From positions 26,496-90,495 of the forward strand of contig CAVSVC010000018.1 of the NCBI GenBank assembly GCA_963731045.1: 64,000 nt of DNA. Reading direction: 5' to 3'. The first letter of the stretch is position 1, and every line of letters starts with the position of its first letter. This stretch comes from an uncultured delta proteobacterium. Its GTDB lineage: Bacteria > Desulfobacterota > BSN033 > UBA1163. This document shows positions 28,553 through 37,312 of this stretch, one piece after another. The notes below the pieces were generated by a model. It made no database searches. It was given only the letters and a program-made list of their open reading frames with translations, and was not told the origin of the DNA. The position numbers were made by a program, and so were the translations under genes.

Positions 28553-29032
28553 TTACTCCTCCCTGTAATTCCCTTTGGCCACCGACTCGACAGCCCGTAC
28601 GATGCTGTTATAGCCCGTGCATCGGCAGATATTTCCCTCAATGCCTTCTTTGATCTCCTCCTGGGTGGGGGTCGGGTTTTCCTTCAGAAGCGCTTCACAG
28701 GACATCAGCATGCCCGATGTGCAGAATCCGCACTGATAGGAGCCGTGATCCAGGAACGCCTTCTGGAGGGGGGCCAGCTTTCCGTTCACTTCCAGGCCCT
28801 CCACGGTCCGGACGTGCCTTCCTTCCGCCTGCACGGCAAGAACGGCGCAGGACTTCACAGCCATGTCATCGATCAGGACCGTGCACGCCCCGCAGGAGAC
28901 CGTCTCACACCCCCTCTTCGTTCCCGTCAGGCCGATATGGTCCCGGATGACCTCCACGAGAAGCGTCTTGGGATTGATATAAAGCTCGTATTCCTGGCCA
29001 TTGACCTTCAACTTCAGCAGTTGTTTTTCCAT
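28553..29032 (-). CDS. [2Fe-2S]-binding small subunit (CoxS/XdhC-type)
   Basis: 159 aa. GCETVSCGACTV and CGFCTSG...CRCTGY cluster motifs. Confidence 0.92.
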   Translation of the reverse strand: MEKQLLKLKVNGQEYELYINPKTLLVEVIRDHIGLTGTKRGCETVSCGACTVLIDDMAVKSCAVLAVQAEGRHVRTVEGLEVNGKLAPLQKAFLDHGSYQCGFCTSGMLMSCEALLKENPTPTQEEIKEGIEGNICRCTGYNSIVRAVESVAKGNYREE

Positions 29033-29048
29033 GCTGTCGCAACCTCCG

Positions 29049-29924
29049 TCATCCTAATTTAGCGGCCCCTTCCCATGCCTGTCTCACCATGCGCTTCGTC
29101 ATGACACCGATCAGATGGCGTCTGAATTCTTCCGAAGCGTGGATATCGGAGACAGGATCGGCATCTCCGGCGGCCGCTTCGCCCGCTTTCGCGAGAAGGG
29201 ATTCACTCATCTTTTTTCCGAGAAGGATCTTCTCCGCACTCTTGGCCCGGATCGGCGTGACCCCCGCATTGCTGAGAATGATCCGCGCATCCTTGCAGGT
29301 GCCGGCCGGGTCGACCTCCGTCATGGCGGCGACGCCGACGATTCCCTGGTCATTTTCAATGAGGTTGAATTTGGCGTAGGCTGCCGCAGCCCGTGGACGG
29401 GCAGGGGGGACCTGGACCTCCACCACCATTTCGTCCTTCTTCAGGGCGGTTTCAAAGAGGGCCGTGTAAAATTCTTCGAGAGGCATGACCCGGGTTTCCT
29501 TCGAAGAACTCAATTTGATCTTGGCATCCAGGGCGATGAGCGCCGGTGCAAGGTCACCCGACGAATCGCCGTGGGCAAGGTTGCCGCCGATGGTGCCCCA
29601 GTTTCGCACCTGAATGGAGGCAAGCCTGCTTTCGAGTGCGACGAGAACAGGGTATTTCTGTTTGAGAAGGGGAGACGTCTCAAGGGTCCGGTGGGTGGTT
29701 GTGGCACCCAGTCGGAGTCCCTGCTTCTCATCGTAGGCGATATAGTTCAGTTCGCTGAGCCCCTTGATGTCGATCAGATAATCCGTCACCACCAGACCCT
29801 GCCGCATCACGATGAGCAGGGATTGCCCGCCGCAGATGATTTTGCATTCGTCCTTGTGATCTGCGAGCAAGGATAGGGCTTCCTGAAGTGTGACGGGTTT
29901 AAGGTAGTTAAAGTCGTGGATCAT
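29049..29924 (-). CDS. FAD-binding medium subunit (CoxM type)
   Basis: 291 aa. FAD-binding PCMH-type pattern (ICGGQSLL, GTIGGNLAHGD) and CO dehydrogenase flavoprotein C-terminal region. Confidence 0.9.
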   Translation of the reverse strand: MIHDFNYLKPVTLQEALSLLADHKDECKIICGGQSLLIVMRQGLVVTDYLIDIKGLSELNYIAYDEKQGLRLGATTTHRTLETSPLLKQKYPVLVALESRLASIQVRNWGTIGGNLAHGDSSGDLAPALIALDAKIKLSSSKETRVMPLEEFYTALFETALKKDEMVVEVQVPPARPRAAAAYAKFNLIENDQGIVGVAAMTEVDPAGTCKDARIILSNAGVTPIRAKSAEKILLGKKMSESLLAKAGEAAAGDADPVSDIHASEEFRRHLIGVMTKRMVRQAWEGAAKLG

Positions 29925-29996
29925 GCTTCTCTCCTTTTTCTTGAGGTGTTGTGGGGAATTCCCTCGGTATCGACCCGGTCCTCCCCGGAAGCTTCC

Positions 29997-30458
29997 TTAC
30001 CCGCCGGCAAGCAGCATGAAACGCGGGGCCTCGTAGATCTCGACTTCTTCGTGACCCGTTTCAGCCTTGTGACGCAGAACCTCGATCAACCTGTCGAAGC
30101 TGGTGATCTGCCATCCATCGATGATTCTCCAGATGGCGGCATTCGTCCAGTCCCATCTTTCCGCTTCATGCAGGTCGCAGATCCGGGTCTCTCCCCTCTC
30201 CACGTCGATGACTTTCAGTCTGACTGGGGGCTCATGTTCCGCGCCGCGATATTTACCGGTGTGTGGCTCTGCAACGTTCCTCAGGAGTTGGAACTCGGCG
30301 GAAAGGGGGGTGACAGTGGAACGGACATGCTCTTTGGGGTCCCCTGCGCAGCCCCGGTGCTGCCCGGAAGAGCCCCGATAATGGTGCCTGCCCCGATAGA
30401 TTCCGCATTCCGTACAGGCTTTGCTTGAAAAGGGGCATGCGAGGGGTGTTTTGGCCAT
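29997..30458 (-). CDS. Hypothetical Cys/His-rich protein leading the molybdoenzyme operon
   Basis: 153 aa. N-terminal ACPFSSKACTECGIYRGRHHY. I recognised no family. Same strand, 72 nt upstream of the FAD subunit. Confidence 0.55.
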   Translation of the reverse strand: MAKTPLACPFSSKACTECGIYRGRHHYRGSSGQHRGCAGDPKEHVRSTVTPLSAEFQLLRNVAEPHTGKYRGAEHEPPVRLKVIDVERGETRICDLHEAERWDWTNAAIWRIIDGWQITSFDRLIEVLRHKAETGHEEVEIYEAPRFMLLAGG

Positions 30459-30528
30459 GGAATTCCTTTCTTCCGACGGTGTTTCTTGGGGCCCAAGGTC
30501 AAATCCAACAGGGGGAAGAGAGCCGGGT

Positions 30529-30541
30529 GCGACCGGTCACC
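30529..30541. promoter_or_regulatory. ACCGGT-cored near-palindrome (GCGACCGGTCACC), candidate operator
   Basis: Lies about 75 nt upstream of the ATG at 30458. The same GACCGGT core occurs three more times at 30864-30908. Confidence 0.3.
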
Positions 30542-30863
30542 GCCGCGCCCAAGAGGCTCCCTTCATCGTCGCGTTCATTACGGTGAACTGAGACTTAACA
30601 GGCTGTTGTTCTCTTCCATGGGCACTAATTCCAGAATAATGGAAGCATCTTTCTTTGTCAAGAGAAACCCTTGATCAAACGCAACGCTTCTCCGTTCTGG
30701 GCAGCTTGGGAGGGAGGATATTCCCAGGCGGAGAGGGGAAACCTCCAAAACGCGGGTAACCGGTTGTGTGGCAAGTGTGGCGGATTGAGCGGAAGAAGGT
30801 TGCGGACACCGTGTTCGCTATTCCGCCCTGCCTGATCTCCCTTTGTGATTCCACCCTAACGGA

Positions 30864-30908
30864 AGAGAACCGGTCAAACACCCGGTCAGGGTGCTTGACC
30901 GGTTCTCT
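30864..30908. promoter_or_regulatory. Perfect 14-bp inverted repeat AGAGAACCGGTCAA...TTGACCGGTTCTCT (terminator and/or operator)
   Basis: Read directly. The 17-nt loop itself contains CACCC-GGTCA-GGGTG. It lies about 50 nt downstream of the gntR stop on the minus strand. Confidence 0.5.
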
Positions 30909-30959
30909 ATGATGAACGAGTCCTGGAACGCCGCAAGGGGCACATGCCGGTCAGGATTT

Positions 30960-31646
30960 CTACGGGGTCATTCTTCCCTGTTCGATCTCTTTCAAAACGA
31001 TCTCTTTTCCTTTGCTGAGGTGTTTTCTCACCAGGGTTTCAACGAGTCTGCCGTTCTTCTTCTGCATGGCGTCGAGGATTTGCTGATGGTCTTCCAGGGC
31101 GTTTTGCTGGCCATCCTCGGTTTTGAGGAGGAAACCCCGATAGCGGATGAAGTAGTCACGAAAGGAGTTCACCAATTCCGAGAGTTTCCGGCTTTTGCAG
31201 GATTTGTAGATCAACTCGTGAAATTCGGTATTCAGCTGCACCACCTTATCGTAGTCCCCTTTTTTGACGGCCTGTTCGGTTTGTTCCAGGTTTTTTTCGA
31301 GGGCCGAGGTTTTCTCCGGCGCGAGGTGAAGGGTGGCCTGATGGGCCGCGTAACTTTCGAGGGCGGTCCGGATCCCAAAGACCTCTTCGACGTCCTCTTT
31401 CGTAAATCGCCGCACGACAAAGCCCCCTTTGGGAAGCCGGCTGACCAGGTCGTCGCGCTCGAGTTTGTGGAAGGCCTCCCGGACAGGGGTCCGGCTGATG
31501 CCGACCTGATCGGCCAGTTGTTCTTCGATCAACCGCTGCCCGCCTTTCAGTTTCCCGTGAAGAATCGATCTCCGCAGGGAGTCATAGACCTCTTCTCGAA
31601 GGGATTTCTTCTTGCTGACTTTCATTCCTGAAAAATTGGTTTCCAT
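30960..31646 (-). CDS. GntR-family (FadR/FCD subfamily) transcriptional regulator
   Basis: ATG at 31646 behind AAGGAGG. Winged HTH (LIEEQLADQVGISRTPVREAFHKLERDDLV) plus a helical FCD-like C-terminal domain. The track merges it with the upstream gene into a 501-aa ORF. Confidence 0.88.
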   Translation of the reverse strand: METNFSGMKVSKKKSLREEVYDSLRRSILHGKLKGGQRLIEEQLADQVGISRTPVREAFHKLERDDLVSRLPKGGFVVRRFTKEDVEEVFGIRTALESYAAHQATLHLAPEKTSALEKNLEQTEQAVKKGDYDKVVQLNTEFHELIYKSCKSRKLSELVNSFRDYFIRYRGFLLKTEDGQQNALEDHQQILDAMQKKNGRLVETLVRKHLSKGKEIVLKEIEQGRMTP

Positions 31647-31760
31647 GATGAACCTCCTTGATCTGAGAGAATGGTCTGGATACTGTATCCTGTATTCTGT
31701 ATCCCGAGCAGTCCCCTTCTTATACGCTACGGGAGAAAGGATGTCAAGTCTTTTTTGCGT

Positions 31761-32465
31761 TATTTGTTTGAAGACCTCCGTGCCCATCGGATAAGGGGTT
31801 TCACCCCGATTTTCCCGAGCACTTCGCCTGCCAGGTCGACGACATGATCGCTGTGATCGATGACCGCCGTGTCGCTCGTGGCGACACAGCCGGGGAATCC
31901 GATCAGGACCTTTTCCGGGACCCTCACCGCCCGGGCGTCTCCCGGGGATGCCCGCCTCCTTCATGGCGTCCCTGACCTCCGCGGCCAGTTTGCCGCTCGC
32001 ACTGATGGGGGCATCGAAAAGAAAAAGCGCGTGGCGGGGATGGAACCCTCTCAGAGTCTTCAGGATGACCTGAAGTGCTTTTTCGGTGTTCTCCGTTCTT
32101 CTGAAGCTTCCTGAAAGCCCGGAGATGTCCCGGATAAACCCGTCGTCTCCCAGGACGAGAGGACGTCCGGACATACCGGCCTCAACGGTGATCAGGACAT
32201 TGTGGCCGTCGATGGCCAGGAATTTCCCTGTCACCGCACGGAGGGGCATTTTCTTTTTCCGCCTTGATTTCGCGTCCCCATGTGAAAAAACGCCCCGATG
32301 GAGGAGGTGACGCTGGTCGAAAACGAGTCCGTGTCGATTGCCTACCAGTTCGAGTGCTGCCTTCCTGGGATACCCACGATCCAGGAGAAAGCGGAAGTCT
32401 TTTGCCCCCTCGTGAAGGTCATCCGTATTCAGACACAGCAGGTCGGTTGGAATCATGAGAGACAT
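31761..32465 (-). pseudogene. DUF434/DUF5616-like protein (tentative), one frame break
   Basis: N-terminus LLDRGYPRKAALELVGNRHGL. After ...KEAGIPG the natural continuation DARAVRVPEKVLIGFPGCVATSDTAVIDHSDHVVDLAGEVLGK...* (TAA at 31763..31761) is in another frame. The break is at the CCCCGGG run near 31950. The shifted frame reads through into gntR. Confidence 0.5.
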
Positions 32466-32776
32466 TATAGCTCAAATTGTCGCTAAAGAGAGAGGGCACT
32501 TCTGTGAAAGAGCCTTCCTGTTAAAAAATGTCCCCGGACCCGTACCTTCCTATGTTTTTGTCATTAGGGACGGACGGGCAAGATTTCTTTCGAAAGATCG
32601 CCTATTTCAGGGTATCTCTTCGAATTTAAATGTAAATTCCAATGACAGAAACGATCATCTTTCCCAGTTCTTCTGAATCTGTGACCTATCTGTGACCTGA
32701 TTCGTGCTAAGAGGGAAACCGCGTAGAAATCAGGGAGAGGTTGAGTGTCCGTATTCTCCCCGTTTAGAGGCTGTAT

Positions 32777-32950
32777 CGTAATGCCGGTTTGTCATAGCGA
32801 GCGACCGAAGGGAGCGTGCCTGCACGCCGTAGTGCGTGACCTCGACTCATGGTTGACCCTGCGTTTCGGCACGCAGGCGTGGCAATCTCAATATTTTTAA
32901 TGCATAAGGAGATTGCTTCGGTCGTTTTATTTTCTCGCAATGACATTACG
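32777..32950. repeat. Nested inverted-repeat element (MITE-like) with CGTAATG...GTCATAGCGAG / CTCGCAATGACATTACG termini
   Basis: Terminal inverted repeats at 32777-32801 and 32934-32950. Inner pairs CGACCGAAG/CTTCGGTCG and GCAATCTC/GAGATTGC (32882-32916). The 72-aa minus-strand ORF here is probably spurious. Confidence 0.55.
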
Positions 32951-33084
32951 ACAAGGTCTCTTGCTGCCGGGGAGATAAGCATCCCTTGTATTTGCCCGTC
33001 CGAATCGCGGAAGAAGCTGGGCTTAGGAGGACCCAGGTGTCAAGGCTGTGATCCTACCGAAAACCTCAAGAAAGGGGGCTCAAT

Positions 33085-36000
33085 ATGTTTTTTCAAAAAA
33101 GGAACAGGGTTTTATCGAGAGTGATTTCAGTTTGTTTTTTCATGGTGGTTCTGGTTTTCTTTCACTTTTCCCCGGCTTATTCAGCGGCACCGGGCGTTGA
33201 ACTGGCGGAATATGGTGGCGCCTATATCTGGACGGACACCTCTGCGAGTCCGGTTACAAGGGTTTCTCATGGCGTTCGAATTTATGATTACGGCGGAATT
33301 GCCGCTGACGGGAGTTCCCATACGGTGAGGGTGACCTACCCGAATAGCGTCCAGAGATCGCTGACATTCCAATCGCAAATCAACGAATACTCCGCCTACT
33401 ACAGTCTGAGTGATAGTCCGATCAGCCCGCCCTATACGGGGTACACCGGTTCGTATGTCTATCGTGTGACGCGTGTATCGGATAATCAGTTCGGCGAAGC
33501 CACCGACAACCTGGTGGTGGATCAGATCAATCCGCCGAATGAAACCACCTTCAGCCCCAGGCTCAACCCCGCGCAGTCAATCACGGCCCACTTCGACGAC
33601 GTCTATGTCAACGGGGCTCCTTATGATAATTTCACTTCGGGTTTGGATACGGCCAAGTGGCAGGATCCCGGGGCCGGGGCAAGTTCAGGGGTTTACTTCG
33701 AAAATGGTGAGGTCCGGATGGTGCAGACCGACAGGCTTGGCAGCACATCGACGGGCCTGCGTATTCAGAATCCCGCCAGTGTGAACTCGATCAAAACCAC
33801 GATCCGGATGGAAAGTGCGACCAGTTCTCTCCCGAAGGCGAGAATCCTTGGTAATTTCTGTAGTGACAGCTTCGGGGATGTCCAGGCGTTCGTCGCCCTC
33901 AGTAACACCGGAGCCGTCTATCGTGTGGCCAGTATTAAGACTGGGGATCATTACACCTACAAAGACCTGGTTCCATTGACCACCCTTGGCCCGACGACCC
34001 TGGGCAATCGGTATGACCTGTCCGTCAGTTGGGATGGAACAAAGATTGATTTCGGGGTCGTCGGATTGGATGACACCGTTAACTACTCTATTTCTTACAC
34101 GCCTGCCGAGAATCTGGGCGCCCCCACCAACCAGGTCAAAGCGATCGGGTCGAGGGTCGATTTCAATCTGGACACCACGACTCCCACCTTTGACTGGACA
34201 CCCGTTGCCGGGGCTAATCATTACCGGGTCAGAATTTTCGGGGTGAATGATGCAACGCTCTATACCGTTTCAGTCCCATCGCCCCCTACACGCTGCCTCC
34301 CGGAATCCTCAAACCCAATGCCGAGTACAAGTATCGCATTTTCGCCCAGAAGGAGCACGTGTGGTTTGAGGTAGATAATACGTCAGGTAGCAATCAGAAC
34401 AGGACAGTTTTCATCACAGGCCCCAACGAAGCTCAAAATCCTTACATCGACCTCTGGAACATTGGTGTTCGAACCTGGAGTTATCCTCCGCCCTATGGTC
34501 CGAATACCTCTTTTTACGCCAGGATTCACGACGCCCAGGGTGTTTCGGGCAATATCGAATCGGTCAAGGTTCTCTTTCCCGGACGGCATCACGGACAGGA
34601 ACCTCTATCTCGACGATAATGTCTCTCCAACGTGCGGGATCTACAGGGGAGAATATTTCGGTTCCGATTTCAAGCCGGAACCTATACCTTCACGGTGCTG
34701 GATAAGAACGGAAACAGTCATACCGCGACGGAGGTGCTTACCTCCAACCCGCTCCCGATTCTCTCAGAGGGCTCTTTATCCCCTGCCCATAACACCCTGA
34801 TCGGAGGGACCGGCGTCACGTTTGGCTGGGATAGCGTTTCTGGCGCCTCGCTTTATGAGGTTGAGATTTCCGACAAGGATCTGAACCTGTTGTACACGTT
34901 CAGGACGACAGGGACCGGATACACCCTTCCCCCTGGGGTCCTCAAGGAGGAGACCCTCTACCGCTACCGGGTGATGCCCAGAAGGGAGTTCTATGAGAAT
35001 AACAATGACAACGGGACGGCAAGCCCGGCTTTTTCCATTTCAAACTATAATACTTTCCTAACCACAGCCACTCTTGGAACAGCGCTCCCAACTGCCAATA
35101 TCGACGAATACGGCGTCTCGGTCGGCCATTCGATGAATCCCTGGACAGGGGCCTCGGTCTATAACCTCCAGTTCGCCGTCATGGTGACCGATGCGGACGG
35201 TGTTCCCGAAAACATTGGAAGGGTGGAGGTAACCTATCCCGACGGAACGACGAAACGTCTCCTGAAATACTACGATGAACCGGACTTAGGCTATAACTAT
35301 TACGATTTCGAACGTTATACCGATCGTGCTGCGATTCCCGTTGGCACCTACACCTTCCGGATCGTGGATTTCCAGGGCCAAGAAGTTGTTCTTCACGATG
35401 ATTTGCAGAATGTGGCTGCCAATATCCTTCCTTTGCCCACAGGTTTGATCCCCGTCAGCGACTCGGTTCTCTCCATGACCACTCCGACGATTACCTGGAA
35501 CAGCGTTCCCGGGGCTTCTTTTTATCGAGTCAGGATCTACAACAGCTACGGGTCCTCCACCATTCATACGAGCAGCAAGTTGACCGAAACACGGTATACG
35601 GTTCCAGCGGGGATCCTCGAGCTCTCATCGAGTTACAGCTATCGTGTAAACGCCTATCGAGAGGCGATTGGAACCGAAGTTGACTTCAGTTCGGCGAGCA
35701 GCAGCTGGAATGCGACAAACATCCAATTCAGGGTGGAGCTTCCGAATCTCTCTGTCTCACCGGCTTCCCATGACTTTGAGCTGATCAATGCGGGAAGCAA
35801 ATCAGCCACACAAACATTTGAGATCACCAACAGCGGTAATGCAAACCTTCTGATTGGCACGATTGCCCTTTCGGGCACAGAGGCCTCGGAATTCGCGATC
35901 AAGAGAGACACCTGCTCAGGAGCGACCGTTCAACCCGCCGGGAAATGCACAGTCCAGGCAGTCTTTTCACCCACGTCTTCAGGGGCGAAAACCGCAAACC

Positions 36001-36602
36001 TCTCCATCCCCTCAAGTGATCCCGACAGCCCGTCCCTTATCGAGCTCACCGGAGAAGGGACGCTGCAGGCTGTGTTCGGTGACTGTTCGGAGGATCATTG
36101 GGCCGAAGACTTCATCAACACCCTTTCCTACAGCGGAGTCACGGGAGGCTGTGGAGCAGGAAACTATTGTCCGGAGAACTCGGTGACGAGGGCACAGATG
36201 GCCGTGTTCATCATCAGCGCCATGGGAGAGACTCCCTCCACTGCGGCCTACAACGCCTATTTTAACGACATCGCCAATAACGGATTTGCGCCGTTTATCA
36301 ACCGGATGAACGAGTTGGGAATCACCTCTGGATGCGGTCCTGGGGCTTACTGCCCTGACACCCTCTTGACGAGAGCACAAATGGCCGTGTTTATCATTGC
36401 GGCCATGGGCGAATCAGGGTCCACGGCGACCTACAATACCAGCTTTGACGACGTCGCCGACGACGGGTTTGCCGCATTCATCAATCGCATGAATGAGTTG
36501 GGGATCACGGGAGGCTGCGGAGGCAGGAATTACTGTCCGACTAATTCCACCAACCGGGCCATGATGGCGGTATTCCTCGTCACATCCTTTCTTGAAAGAT
36601 AG
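33085..36602 (+). pseudogene. Large secreted surface protein (signal peptide, three FN3-like modules, three C-terminal SLH-like repeats), three frame breaks as assembled
   Basis: Pieces 33085..34374, 34359..34619, 34462..34800 and 34632..36602 are collinear. Signal peptide ...FSPAYS|AAP. Repeated W..V.GA..Y.V.I modules. The C-terminus has 3x (F.D....F..FINRMNELGITGGCG..YCP...TRAQMAVFI). Breaks near 34270, 34575 and 34665. Confidence 0.8.
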
Positions 36603-36637
36603 GGAGTGACGCAGCCTCGAAGGAAGTGTCAAGGGAA

Positions 36638-36666
36638 CCCCTCCCCGGGCTGAACCCGGGGAGGGC
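36638..36666 (+). terminator. GC-rich hairpin after the surface-protein gene
   Basis: CCCCTCCCCGGG-CTGAA-CCCGGGGAGGG, 36 nt after the stop. There is no clear U-tract. Confidence 0.4.
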
Positions 36667-36880
36667 CTCCTGTTACCTCGAAGAAATGACGTCGTTCTTG
36701 ATTGTCAGAGCTGTGCTTTGTGGTTCATCCTTCTTGAAATCGCTTGACCGTGCAGAGGATCTTTCCCCTTCAACCATCCAGCCTGCAATCTCGGAACCCC
36801 TCTCATAGGCTCCTCCTTCTTTTTAACGTCGGGTTGTGAGTTTGTCGCTGATCCCTGAAAAACACCTTGAAAAACATTCG

Positions 36881-36909
36881 TTGACATTCCGATGGAATTG
36901 GTTTGTAAT
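36881..36909 (+). promoter_or_regulatory. Sigma-70-type promoter TTGACA-N17-TGTAAT
   Basis: TTGACA at 36881-36886, 17-nt spacer, TGTAAT at 36904-36909. It lies about 55 nt upstream of the ATG at 36965. Confidence 0.5.
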
Positions 36910-36964
36910 ATCTTTAGGGTAAGATCGAAGAGGACAATTCGTTATGATGAAAGGAGAGCATGTT

Positions 36965-37225
36965 ATGGCAGACGATGAAATCAAGGTCTATTCCACCCCC
37001 ACCTGACCCTACTGCAAGATGGCGAAAGAGTTTCTTTCGCAAAAAGGGTATAAGTTTACGGAATATGATGTGACGAAGGACCGGACGGCCCTGGATGAGA
37101 TGGTGAAGATCTCTGGAGCCCGGAGCGTTCCGGTCATCAGTGGCTGCGGTGATGTGATGGTCGGTTTCGACCGGACGCGCCTGGAGCAGATGCTGAGTTG
37201 TATCAAGCAACGAACGGAAATCTAA
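36965..37225 (+). CDS. Glutaredoxin/NrdH-like selenoprotein (U-P-Y-C active site, TGA at 37004..37006 read as Sec)
   Basis: ATG at 36965 with AAGGAGAG 6 nt upstream. Translation MADDEIKVYSTPT-TGA-PYCKMAKEFLSQKGYKFTEYDV...SVPVISGCGDVMVGFD matches the Grx fold, and TGA stands exactly where the first Cys of CPYC belongs. The track ORF 37019..37225 is the part after the TGA. Confidence 0.75.
37022..37040 (+). promoter_or_regulatory. SECIS-like hairpin GCGAAAGA-GUU-UCUUUCGC
   Basis: Perfect 8-bp stem starting 15 nt after the in-frame TGA. Confidence 0.6.
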
Positions 37226-37226
37226 C

Positions 37227-37312
37227 GTTACTGGTGATGGTGATAGTGATAGTAATAGTAATAGGGTTCGGCTCTTAACTATCACTATCACCGATCACTA
37301 TCACGTATCATT
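37227..37312. repeat. Inverted pair of hexanucleotide tandem arrays (GGTGAT GGTGAT AGTGAT AGTAAT AGTAAT / ATCACT-type)
   Basis: Left array 37233-37262, loop about 37263-37277, right arm 37278-37312. It sits between the convergent grx-like gene and uvrA. The uvrA C-terminus MIRDSDR* is encoded by the right arm. Confidence 0.8.

Noticed and set aside
26154-28568. 804-aa plus-strand ORF
   Set aside because: It is antisense to the strongly supported Mo-subunit gene (26280..28550), has low-complexity G/D/L/R-rich composition and no recognisable motif. This is a typical shadow ORF in GC-rich DNA.
30459-30959. Possible Moco riboswitch upstream of the molybdoenzyme operon
   Set aside because: The context would fit, and the minus strand has CUCCGCCUGGG and GGAGCCUC-like strings. 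I cannot reproduce the conserved Moco-motif architecture from memory with confidence. A covariance-model scan is needed.
30960-32465. Single 501-aa ORF
   Set aside because: It is a read-through artefact. An upstream DUF434-like gene loses its frame near 31950 and runs into the separately initiated GntR gene, which has AAGGAGG plus ATG at 31646. I split it into two features.
32764-32982. 72-aa minus-strand ORF
   Set aside because: It lies entirely within the nested inverted-repeat element. Its sequence is repeat-derived (..IASV.., LAMT-type words) and it has no RBS.
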